Source of the DNA: an uncultured Thermoanaerobaculia bacterium
GTDB taxonomy: Bacteria; Acidobacteriota; UBA4820; DSQY01
DNA: 64,000 nucleotides
Assembly: GCA_964507185.1 (NCBI GenBank)
Contig: CAZDOY010000014.1
Span: forward strand, 3,298-67,297
Direction of reading: 5' to 3'
The position numbers were made by a program, and so were the translations under genes. The notes below the pieces were generated by a model. That model worked only from the letters and a program-made list of their open reading frames with translations, was not told the origin of the DNA and made no database searches. Positions 38,403 through 46,876 of the stretch are shown one piece after another; positions within the stretch are counted from its first letter, which is position 1; the number at the start of each line of letters is the position of its first letter.

Positions 38403-40904
38403 GTGAAGCATCGGGTGGAGGCAAAGTTGGCTGGAAAGGTCACAAAGAAACTGCTCGAAGTCGTTCTGAGGCACTCGCCCAACGCGGTATGCGTGCTGGC
38501 CGAGGACGGGCGGTTCTGCTACGCGAACGATGCGGCCATTTCCGCGCTCGGCTACGAGCAGGCCGACATGGCCGGCCTGAATTTCTTCGAGCGGGTGCAT
38601 CCGGACGACATGTCCCGCCTGAAGGACCGCCTTGAACGGGCGGAAGACGGGGAGTACGCGTCGGCTTCGGTCATCATCCGGGTCCTCAAGGGCGGCGACC
38701 GCTGGACCACCATGGAGGCCTTCGTCACACGTGAGGGCGACGAAGCCGATTCTCCTCTCCTCCTGGTCTATTTGAGCGATACGTCCCGGAGACTTGAAAC
38801 GGAGGGGCGCCTTAAGAAGCTCTCGAGCGCCGTCGAGCACATAGATGAATCCGTCGTGATCACCAACAGGAACGGTGTCGTCGAATACGTGAACAACGCC
38901 TTCGAGAGAACGACCGGCTACACCAAGGAGGAGGTCATCGGAAAGACCCCCGCCATCCTGAAATCCGGCAAACACGACCAGGCCTTCTACAAGTGGATGT
39001 GGGACACGATCCTTGCCGGCGAGTCCTTCCACGGCACCGTCATCAACAAGAGGAAAGACGGCACGCTCTACTATGAACAAAAGACAATTTCGCCCCTCAT
39101 AGATGCGGATGGAATCGTGACCCACCACGTTGCGACCGGCATGGACGTCACCCACAACAAGCTCGCCGAAGAGCGTCTCAGGGCGGGAGTCGAACGCTAT
39201 GCGCTGTCCGTGAGGGGCGCGAACGACGGGCTCTGGGACTGGGACTTCCGGACGGGGCACCTCCATCTCTCCGAGCGCTGGAAAACCATGCTGGGCTTAT
39301 CGAGGGACGAACTCGGCAATACCATCGACGATTGGTTCCGTCTCGTCCATCCCGACGACCTCGCCGAATTGAAAACGCTCATGAAGGCCCATATCGAAGG
39401 CACGACCTCCCACTTCGAGCACGAACACCGGATGCGCCACAAAGACGGAGGGTACTGCTGGGTCCTGACCCGCGGGCTGGTCGTGCGGGACAGCGACGCC
39501 AAGGCCTACAGAATGGCGGGCTCTCAGACGGACATCACGGACAGAAAGATGGCCGAGGAGCAGCTTCAGCACGACGCCCTCCACGACGCCCTGACGGGGC
39601 TTCCCAACCGGACGCTTTTCATGGACAGGCTCGGTCTGGCCATCGCCAGGGCCAAGAGGAGCGAGACGTGCCACTTTGCGGTGATGTTCATGGATCTCGA
39701 CCGGTTCAAGATCATCAACGACAGCCTCGGTCACCTGGCCGGGGACCAACTGCTCATCGAGCTGGCCAACAGGGTCAAGGGGTGTCTTCGAGCGTCGGAT
39801 ACGGTCGCCCGCCTGGGCGGAGACGAATTCGCCATGCTTCTTGAAAACACCCAGAGTGACAAAGAGATCACGCTTTTCGCCGAGAGGGTTCAGACTTGTA
39901 TCGCCGAGCCCTTCCGGATCGGATCGCGCGACGTCTTCACCTCTGCGAGTATCGGAATCGCGCAATATGACGACGCGTACAGCCGGCCGGATGACATGGT
40001 CCGGGACGCCGACACCGCCATGTACCACGCCAAGAATCACGGAAAGGCCCACTATACGGTCTTCTCACCCAGCATGCGATCGAGGGCGCTTCAGATCCTC
40101 GACCTGGAAACGGGTCTGAGGCGGGCGATCGAATCCCAGCAACTGACGGTCCACTACCAGCCCATCGTGTCGCTGAAGTCCGGGCGAATATTCGGATTCG
40201 AGGCCCTTTCCCGGTGGCCGCATCCCGAACGCGGCTTTATCTCGCCCGAGGAATTCATCCCGCTCGCGGAAGAGACAGGCCTCATAAACACCATCGGCCT
40301 GCTCGTTCTGCGAAAGGCCTGTCTCTACCTCAAGTCCATCCAGGGGCGGTTCCGGACCCACCCGCCGCTTACCATGAGCGTGAACCTCTCGGGCATCCAG
40401 TTCATGCGCCCGGAACTCCTCGGCCAGGTGGACCTCATGCTGAGGGAGTACGGGTTGGACCCCCGGACCCTCAAGCTGGAAATCACCGAAAGCGTCATCA
40501 TCGACCACGCCGAGTACGCGCGCGAAATGATCGACCAGATGAAGGCCCAGAATATTCGCCTCAGCATCGACGACTTCGGAACGGGGTATTCTTCCCTCCG
40601 CAGCCTCAGGCAGTACCCCATCGACACGGTCAAGATAGATCAGTCCTTCGTCGCCACCATGTGCGAGAACGAAGAGAGCCTCGAGATCGTTCGGACCACC
40701 GTATCCATGGCCCACAAGCTCCGAATGGAGGTGATTGCGGAGGGCGTGGAAGCGAAGAAGCAGATGGACCTCCTTGCATCCATGGACTGCGACTTCGGAC
40801 AAGGCTTTTACTTCGCCCGGCCGATGGAACAGGATGCCGCCGACGCCATACTGGCGCGCCAGAGCCATTGGTGGCAGGGGGAAGCGATCGACGCCGAAGC
40901 CTGA
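38403..40904 (+). CDS. Cytoplasmic PAS-PAS-PAS-GGDEF-EAL c-di-GMP enzyme
   Basis: Three PAS/PAC units; HDALTGLPNR, RLGGDEF with an RxxD I-site (RASD); FEALSRW, IDDFGTGYSSL, KIDQSF, IAEGVE are all intact. Confidence 0.95.
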   Translation: MKHRVEAKLAGKVTKKLLEVVLRHSPNAVCVLAEDGRFCYANDAAISALGYEQADMAGLNFFERVHPDDMSRLKDRLERAEDGEYASASVIIRVLKGGDRWTTMEAFVTREGDEADSPLLLVYLSDTSRRLETEGRLKKLSSAVEHIDESVVITNRNGVVEYVNNAFERTTGYTKEEVIGKTPAILKSGKHDQAFYKWMWDTILAGESFHGTVINKRKDGTLYYEQKTISPLIDADGIVTHHVATGMDVTHNKLAEERLRAGVERYALSVRGANDGLWDWDFRTGHLHLSERWKTMLGLSRDELGNTIDDWFRLVHPDDLAELKTLMKAHIEGTTSHFEHEHRMRHKDGGYCWVLTRGLVVRDSDAKAYRMAGSQTDITDRKMAEEQLQHDALHDALTGLPNRTLFMDRLGLAIARAKRSETCHFAVMFMDLDRFKIINDSLGHLAGDQLLIELANRVKGCLRASDTVARLGGDEFAMLLENTQSDKEITLFAERVQTCIAEPFRIGSRDVFTSASIGIAQYDDAYSRPDDMVRDADTAMYHAKNHGKAHYTVFSPSMRSRALQILDLETGLRRAIESQQLTVHYQPIVSLKSGRIFGFEALSRWPHPERGFISPEEFIPLAEETGLINTIGLLVLRKACLYLKSIQGRFRTHPPLTMSVNLSGIQFMRPELLGQVDLMLREYGLDPRTLKLEITESVIIDHAEYAREMIDQMKAQNIRLSIDDFGTGYSSLRSLRQYPIDTVKIDQSFVATMCENEESLEIVRTTVSMAHKLRMEVIAEGVEAKKQMDLLASMDCDFGQGFYFARPMEQDAADAILARQSHWWQGEAIDAEA

Positions 40905-41183
40905 GTATCGGCGGTCGGCGCGGCGCGGACCACGCCGGGCAGGCAGCACCCGTCCCGGGCACGCCCCGCGGCCGCCTCTGGGTCAAATACCCTGAATCAA
41001 TACGCGAACAACAGGGAAAGCAACTTTCTCGCCGGTCCTGCGTATGGGCACAATGAGTACCATGAGCAGCCGGTCTGTGGGGACAGAGCCGGTGTGTCTC
41101 TTTCACTGGGTTGGGCAGGGGAAACGCTGTGCCAGCGGCTCTCCAAGGGTATTTGTATCCTCACTGAAAAGGAGGAAAAAGGA

Positions 41184-43067
41184 ATGAGGGAATTGACTCG
41201 GAAGTGCTGTACGGTTCTCGCGGCCAGCGTCATGGCGGCCGCATCCGTTCTGGCGGCAGACAGGGCAGATATTCCGGAGAAATACACCTGGAACCTCGCC
41301 GACATCTATCCGTCCGTCACGGCATGGTCCCAGGCCAGGGCCGACGTCGAAAAGAGGATCGGCGACCTCGCTCCCTTCAGGGGGCACCTGGGTGACTCCG
41401 GCCAGACGCTCCTCAAGGCCCTCCGGACGCAGGAAAGCCTCGAAAAGGAACTCTACCGCGTCTACGCCTACGCCAGCATGCTCAGCGATCAGGACACGAG
41501 GAATTCCGAGCACATGGCCATGAGACAGAGCGTGCAGGAACTCGCGACGACCTACGGTGCGGCCGCCTCGTTCATCGAGCCGGAGATCCTCTCGCTGGAC
41601 GCCGACACCGTCCGGGGGTTCATGGCGGCAGAGCCGGGCCTGTCCACCTATAAAGCTTACCTGGACAATATCCTCCGCATGAAAGCGCACACGCTGACCC
41701 CGGACGAGGAACAGATCGTAGCGCGGGCGGGCGCCGTGGCCGTCTCCCCCGGTTCGATTTACGGGATCTTCACGGCCGCCGACATGCCCCGTCCCGAAAT
41801 CACCCTCTCGAATGGAGAGAAGGTCCGCCTCGACGCCGCGGGCTACGCCAAGTTCCGTTCTTCTAGCAACCGTGAGGACCGCGACGCCGTCTTCAAGGCC
41901 TTCTGGAAGAGCTACGACGAATTCAAGCGCACCCTGGGCATGACCCTCTACTCGCACGTGAAGGCCCACATCTTCAACAAGGACGTCCGTCACTACGACA
42001 GTTCCCTGGCCGCATCCCTGGATGCCAACAACATCCCGACGGCGGTCTACACCCAGCTCATCGCCGACGTGCACCAGAACCTGCCCACCCTGCAACGCTA
42101 TCTCAAACTCCGCAAGCGCATGATGGGCGTCGACCGCCTGAGGTACGAGGATCTCTACGCGCCCATCGTGAAGGAAGTCGACATTTCCTACACGCCTGAC
42201 CAGGCCATGGCCCTCGTCCTCGAGGCCGTATCCCCTCTCGGCCCGGCCTACGGGAAGGAACTCAAGACGGGTTTCGAGAGCCGGTGGATCGACTTCTACC
42301 CGAGCACCGGCAAGAGATCCGGCGCCTACAGCAGCGGCGCGGTCTACGACGTCCATCCCTATCAACTCCTGAACTTCAACGGCCGCTACGACGACGTTTC
42401 CACGCTGGCCCACGAGTCCGGCCACTCCATGCACAGCTACCTTTCCAACAAGAACCAGACCTTCGCCAACGCGCACTATGCGACCTTCGTGGCCGAGGTG
42501 GCATCGACGCTCAACGAAAACCTCCTGTTCCATTACACCATGGACCACACGAAGGACGACGCCACCAGGCTCTACATCCTGGGAGAACACCTCGAGGGCT
42601 ACAGGCAGACGCTCTTCCGCCAGACCCTGTTCGCCGAGTTCGAGATGCGTATCCACGAGATGGCCGAGAAGGGACAGCCGCTCACGGGCGATTCCATGAG
42701 CGGGCTCTATCTGGACCTGCTCAGGAAGTACTACGGCCACGACGAGGGCGTCTGCACGATCGACGAGCTGTACGGCAACGAATGGGCCTACATACCCCAT
42801 TTCTACCGGAACTTCTACGTCTACCAGTACGCCACCAGCCTCACGGCCTCCACCGCGCTGGCCAACCGGATTCGTTCCGAAATGCCTGCCACCGCAGCCC
42901 GCGACGCTTACCTGAAGATGCTCTCCTCTGGATCGACAAGCTATCCGGTGGACCTGCTCAAGGACGCAGGGGTCGACATGACCACGAGCGCGCCGTTCGA
43001 CGAGGCCATCAAGGACATGAACGAGACCATGGATCAAATCGAGGCGATTCTGGACAAGAAGGCCTGA
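41184..43067 (+). CDS. pepF: Oligoendopeptidase F (M3B) with an N-terminal signal peptide
   Basis: EKYTWNLADIY, GKRSGAYS, LAHESGHSMH (HEXXH), FVAEVAST, IPHFY..FYVYQYAT; signal-like VLAASVMAAASVLAA; AGGAGG RBS. Confidence 0.93.
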   Translation: MRELTRKCCTVLAASVMAAASVLAADRADIPEKYTWNLADIYPSVTAWSQARADVEKRIGDLAPFRGHLGDSGQTLLKALRTQESLEKELYRVYAYASMLSDQDTRNSEHMAMRQSVQELATTYGAAASFIEPEILSLDADTVRGFMAAEPGLSTYKAYLDNILRMKAHTLTPDEEQIVARAGAVAVSPGSIYGIFTAADMPRPEITLSNGEKVRLDAAGYAKFRSSSNREDRDAVFKAFWKSYDEFKRTLGMTLYSHVKAHIFNKDVRHYDSSLAASLDANNIPTAVYTQLIADVHQNLPTLQRYLKLRKRMMGVDRLRYEDLYAPIVKEVDISYTPDQAMALVLEAVSPLGPAYGKELKTGFESRWIDFYPSTGKRSGAYSSGAVYDVHPYQLLNFNGRYDDVSTLAHESGHSMHSYLSNKNQTFANAHYATFVAEVASTLNENLLFHYTMDHTKDDATRLYILGEHLEGYRQTLFRQTLFAEFEMRIHEMAEKGQPLTGDSMSGLYLDLLRKYYGHDEGVCTIDELYGNEWAYIPHFYRNFYVYQYATSLTASTALANRIRSEMPATAARDAYLKMLSSGSTSYPVDLLKDAGVDMTTSAPFDEAIKDMNETMDQIEAILDKKA

Positions 43068-43091
43068 TTCTCCAGGTTGCAAAGCAAATGC

Positions 43092-43117
43092 AAGGGGCCC
43101 CACGGGGCCCCTTTTTT
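43092..43117 (+). terminator. Rho-independent terminator
   Basis: AAGGGGCCCC-AC-GGGGCCCCTT followed by TTTT. Confidence 0.85.
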
Positions 43118-43417
43118 CAATCCCGGCCCGCGGCACCCGGGCCTTGACCTCTCACGCCGCCACGGTCGTGCGCCTCTCAGAGAAACGCACCTGCACTTCG
43201 GGCCGCGCCAGTTTTGAATCCGCTCACAGAGTAAAGATCGGCCCTTCGTTCCTCCCTCTTATAATCTCTTCCCCAACCCGAACTCCAATGACCATATCCT
43301 TCTCTTTCCGCTTTCCTTCGCATGAAGACGCATCGCATAAGGCCCCTCCGACGCCAGGGCTTCCTTGCCGGACGGACTTGCAGGGGCTACCATGGACGCT
43401 CGAGATTGGCAGGTACG

Positions 43418-43912
43418 ATGAACGAGCGACTGCGCCGCTTCCTCTTTCCTTCGATCACACCCGCCTTCCTGATCCGGGTGGTCTTGGTGGCTGTCTGTGC
43501 CTACGTCTTCTTCGGATTCGTCTGCACCCCTTTCGTGGTCAGGGGACGAAGCATGGTGCCGACTTACCACGACGGGGCTTTTGACTTTCTCTGGAAACCG
43601 AGGTTCCTGTTTTCCGGCCCGGAGCGTGGAGACGTAGTCGCCATAAGCCTTGCGGGTGACAGCGTGGTCTACCTGAAGCGCGTGGTTGCCCTGGGCGGCG
43701 ATACAGTTTCCTTCAAGGAAGGCGTCCTTTACGTGGACGGCAAGGCGGTCGATGAACCCTACGTCAGGGGCCCGTGTCACTGGAACCTCCGCCCACGCAA
43801 AGTGGAACCCGGCAGGGTCTACGTCGTGGGCGACAACAGGAGCATGCCGATGGAACAGCACGATTTCGGACAGGTCTCGGTCAGGCGCATCGTCGGGAGC
43901 CCGGTATGGTGA
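43418..43912 (+). CDS. lepB: Signal peptidase I (short, Gram-positive-like type)
   Basis: One TM helix; GRSMVPT (Ser), YLKRVVALGGD (Lys), VVGDNR, FG.V…IVG. Confidence 0.9.
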   Translation: MNERLRRFLFPSITPAFLIRVVLVAVCAYVFFGFVCTPFVVRGRSMVPTYHDGAFDFLWKPRFLFSGPERGDVVAISLAGDSVVYLKRVVALGGDTVSFKEGVLYVDGKAVDEPYVRGPCHWNLRPRKVEPGRVYVVGDNRSMPMEQHDFGQVSVRRIVGSPVW

Positions 43913-44403
43913 CCTGGAAACGCCTCGGCGCCTTTCTGGCCGTGATTCTTGCGGCCTGGGCGATCTACTACTTCTTCCCTTCACGCACGCGCCAGGTCAA
44001 GCGCCGTTTCAAGGCCATCTCGGAATGGGTGGACAAAACCGGCCCGGAGGGCAACCTGGCGATGGCCAGGGAGGCCTCGGAGGCGGCCGATTTCTTCGCG
44101 CCCCAGTGCACGTGGGATGCGCAGTCCTACGACCTCAACGGCTCCTTCACGCCCCGCGACGCCGCGCGCTATTACTTCGCGGGCCGCGAGCGTTTTTCAA
44201 GCCTTTCGCTCAAGTTCTACGATGTGGGGGTCGGCTTTCCCGAGAAATACAAGGCGGACGTCACGGCGACGGCCCGGATTACGGGTACGACGAGGGAAGG
44301 CGAGAAGGTGAGCGAAACGCACGAAGTCCAATGCTCCCTCAGGAAGACCGACGGCACGTGGCGACTGACCCACGTAACCGTCGTGCAGGTGCTCCAGAGA
44401 TAA
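43906..44403 (+). CDS. Membrane-anchored hypothetical protein, possibly NTF2/SnoaL-like fold
   Basis: Start overlaps the lepB end; N-terminal TM (LGAFLAVILAAWAIYYFF); helix-then-strand pattern ending KTDGTWRLTHVTV. The fold call is an inference. Confidence 0.7.
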   Translation: MVTWKRLGAFLAVILAAWAIYYFFPSRTRQVKRRFKAISEWVDKTGPEGNLAMAREASEAADFFAPQCTWDAQSYDLNGSFTPRDAARYYFAGRERFSSLSLKFYDVGVGFPEKYKADVTATARITGTTREGEKVSETHEVQCSLRKTDGTWRLTHVTVVQVLQR

Positions 44404-44494
44404 TGAAATCTGATTTCGTGATGAGGCTGCCTATCCCCGGGGATGAGGTGTGCTACGCCGATGGTGCGCGAACCGCCCAATCCTCTCCAGCCCG

Positions 44495-44920
44495 TCAGTA
44501 AGCGATGGGCGGATCCTTCGAAGCGCTCTGAAAGGAAAGCCCCAGGACGACGTTGTCGTCCTTGATCGTGCTGTACGTGACGACGGCGTCAACATACCCG
44601 TTCGCAAAGGTGCACACGACGTGTATGTGCCACTCGATGCCGTCCACTTCCGTGGCCTTCACCTCGCGGTCCTGGAAGGGACCGAATTCGTCGAGAAGGG
44701 ACTGCCACTTCTTCTGGAGCCGTTCCGCCGTCAGGGTCTTGGCCAGCTCCGGCGAAAACTGCCCCACGGCCTGCTCGAAGTTGCCGGCGCTGATCAGGTC
44801 CACGACGTAGCTCGCCTCGTCCGCAGGCGCGGCACCCAGCGCGTCGCCCGAACCGAGGTACTGCGCGCGCGCCACCAGGCAGACGGACAAGAGAAGGGGC
44901 AGGACCAGGAGCTTCTTCAT
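44495..44920 (-). CDS. Exported DUF3887-like protein
   Basis: Signal peptide MKKLLVLPLLLSVCLVARA; L.AG.FEQAVGQF..ELAK.LT.E.LQKKWQ.L..EFGPF pattern; AAGGAG RBS. Confidence 0.7.
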   Translation of the reverse strand: MKKLLVLPLLLSVCLVARAQYLGSGDALGAAPADEASYVVDLISAGNFEQAVGQFSPELAKTLTAERLQKKWQSLLDEFGPFQDREVKATEVDGIEWHIHVVCTFANGYVDAVVTYSTIKDDNVVLGLSFQSASKDPPIAY

Positions 44921-44974
44921 GACGGGCGTCTCCTTGATGCGGCCCGGCCCGCACATGGGCCGGATACCGGAATG

Positions 44975-45601
44975 CTATCGCCTGTGCCTTCCCGCGTGCC
45001 CGCCCGCGTGCCCGCCCCTGGAGGGCATCGGGGACGGCATGGGCATGGGCATCGGCCTGGGGCTGAAGCGGGGGCGGCCGCGCGGCACACGCACGGGAGG
45101 CGCCGTGTTCACCGGCGGGCGCCTTCGGTGACGGACGCGGTCGGCCGAGGCACCGCCCCTGCGAGGATTCTCGTTCTGGATGACGACGGGTTTCGGAGCC
45201 GGATGCGCGTGAGGGTGCCCATGCCGGGAACGATGCCGGTATATCCAGGGATCAGGCAGAAAACCCCGGTAGAGGTTATTCCAACCCGTCCAGAGGTACA
45301 TGCCGCCGTAGTAGCCGTGCCAGTCGTACCAGCCGCCACCCAACATCCAGTTCATGTACCACTGCGGCCCCCATCCCGGCCAGTCCCAGGGCGCCCACTC
45401 CGCGCTGAAATAGTCGGGCGTCCAGTCGTATCCGTACCAGCTCCCGCAGTTCCATGCCCAAACCGGGCCGCCCGCGGATACGGTCATGACCGAGAAAGGT
45501 CGAACCGGGAAGACGGGGCTGGCCGCCGAGTGCGAGACCGGCACGGCAAGGCACACGATTGCGAGGGTCGCGGCGACCAGGATTGCCTTGTGCTTCATCA
45601 T
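44975..45601 (-). CDS. Secreted Trp/Tyr-rich protein with an Arg/Pro-rich tail, paralog 1
   Basis: GGAGG RBS 6 nt before the ATG at 45601; signal peptide MMKHKAILVAATLAIVCLAVPVSHSA; two blocks of clear homology to 46082..46666. Confidence 0.8.
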   Translation of the reverse strand: MMKHKAILVAATLAIVCLAVPVSHSAASPVFPVRPFSVMTVSAGGPVWAWNCGSWYGYDWTPDYFSAEWAPWDWPGWGPQWYMNWMLGGGWYDWHGYYGGMYLWTGWNNLYRGFLPDPWIYRHRSRHGHPHAHPAPKPVVIQNENPRRGGASADRVRHRRRPPVNTAPPVRVPRGRPRFSPRPMPMPMPSPMPSRGGHAGGHAGRHRR

Positions 45602-45710
45602 TTCAAACCTCCCAAGCGCGGGTTTCATGGCATATCCCCTTCTCTCCGCGGCCTGGAGGCCGCATGATCCGAGCGGCCCTGGACTCGATCCAATGACGAT
45701 ACGACAAATC

Positions 45711-45733
45711 AAGCTAGCCCGCTGCCAATGACA
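45711..45733 (-). promoter_or_regulatory. sigma54-type promoter candidate for paralog 1
   Basis: GTCAT-TGGCAGCGGGCTAGCT; GG and GC at canonical -24/-12 spacing; matched by the paralog 2 promoter. Confidence 0.6.
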
Positions 45734-45809
45734 ATATAGGGTGCAAACCCGCCGCGTGCACAGGTTGCGCCCGGCTGTCAGGTCCCGGCCTGTTCTCGAC
45801 CTCGAATTT

Positions 45810-45827
45810 AGTCCGAAAAACCGGACA
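45810..45827. promoter_or_regulatory. Near-palindrome AGTCCG-N6-CGGACA, candidate enhancer (UAS) for paralog 1
   Basis: 83 bp from the -24 box; the same motif recurs at 46877. Confidence 0.6.
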
Positions 45828-45846
45828 CTCTTGCGGCGGCCGGTGC

Positions 45847-45996
45847 GATGCCCCGGCGATCTTCGGCAACAACGTCTTTCTGGCCAACGGCTGGTACGAG
45901 ATCACCGTCAGTGTCGACGGCGGCCCGCCCGCCAGATTCCGGTTCGGCGTAGGGGCTCACAACGATGCCGAAACGCCCCTCAACATGAACGACTGA
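45847..45996 (+). pseudogene. Orphan 3' gene fragment (DAPAIFGNNVFLANGWYEITVSVDGGPPARFRFGVGAHNDAETPLNMND*)
   Basis: Strong GC3 codon bias and a protein-like sequence. No in-frame ATG, GTG or TTG occurs between the upstream stop (45715-45717) and this block. Confidence 0.45.
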
Positions 45997-46081
45997 GCGC
46001 CTCGGGGGCCTTCCTCCCGGCTTGCAGGGTCCATCTCCACCACACCGATCGGGTCTTCCTGCGATAACAGACAGGGCATGT

Positions 46082-46666
46082 TCAGCGCCCGTGCCGGCCG
46101 CCGCCGCCCGCGGCAACCACCGGTGCTCTCGGCATCATCACCGGCGCGGAGGGCATGGGGCGCGGGCGCACGCGGGGACGGCCACGGGGAACCCTGGCCG
46201 GAGCAGCGCTGGTTTCGGATGGCCGCCTTCGGCCTTTCACGCTTTTGCTGGAAGCGCCGCCGTGTCGCGGGTGCGCGTTTTGTATTTCGACCGGCCCCGG
46301 AGCATTATGCCGGTCCTGATCGCCGCGGCGGTGGGGTCTCCAGTACTTCCACGCAAAGGGCACGTAACCCTTGTAGAAATAGTAGTTCCCGCCGGTCCAC
46401 CACAGGTGCGGCACGTACGACAGGCTTTGGAGACCCAGCCCGGAACCGTTCCAGGGCGCCCACTCCGCGCTGAAGTAGTCGGGCGACCACTCCACTCCCG
46501 ACCACGCCCCGCAGGACCAGGCCCAGACGGGGCCGCTGCCGGAGATCATCGTTATCCTGAAGGAGCTGACGGGAAAAAGCCCTCTCGCCGAGAGACCGGT
46601 CACCGGAATGGCGGTGAGCAATAGGACGAATGCCGCCCATACGATGAATCTCTTCTTTTTACTCAT
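46082..46666 (-). CDS. Secreted Trp/Tyr-rich protein with an Arg/Pro-rich tail, paralog 2
   Basis: Signal peptide MSKKKRFIVWAAFVLLLTAIPVTGLSA; homology blocks shared with paralog 1. Confidence 0.8.
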   Translation of the reverse strand: MSKKKRFIVWAAFVLLLTAIPVTGLSARGLFPVSSFRITMISGSGPVWAWSCGAWSGVEWSPDYFSAEWAPWNGSGLGLQSLSYVPHLWWTGGNYYFYKGYVPFAWKYWRPHRRGDQDRHNAPGPVEIQNAHPRHGGASSKSVKGRRRPSETSAAPARVPRGRPRVRPRPMPSAPVMMPRAPVVAAGGGGRHGR

Positions 46667-46777
46667 TTCGCCGACCCCCTTATCGAAGCTCTAATATCAC
46701 CGCTTCTGTTCAAAAAGCCTCTGGCCCCATGTCCTATTTGTCCTGGCAGTCGTACTCACGGGTTCCATTTTGTCACG

Positions 46778-46799
46778 AGCAAGCCGTATGCCGATGACG
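46778..46799 (-). promoter_or_regulatory. sigma54-type promoter candidate for paralog 2
   Basis: GTCAT-CGGCATACGGCTTGCT; GGCA…TTGCT at canonical spacing. Confidence 0.65.
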
Positions 46800-46876
46800 T
46801 TCCTGCGACCAAATGCGAGCCCCGCAAAGTCCTACGGCAATGACGGGGCAGCCTTTCCGTCCAGGATGACGGAGCC

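Noticed and set aside
45808-46116. 102-aa minus-strand ORF between the Trp-rich paralogs
   Set aside because: It is antisense to the coding-like + strand fragment, overlaps paralog 2 and the enhancer, and has no RBS.
45386-46485. 35-nt near-perfect direct repeat as a possible CRISPR or mobile-element repeat
   Set aside because: There are only two copies, about 1065 bp apart, both in-frame inside the paralogous genes. It reflects gene duplication.
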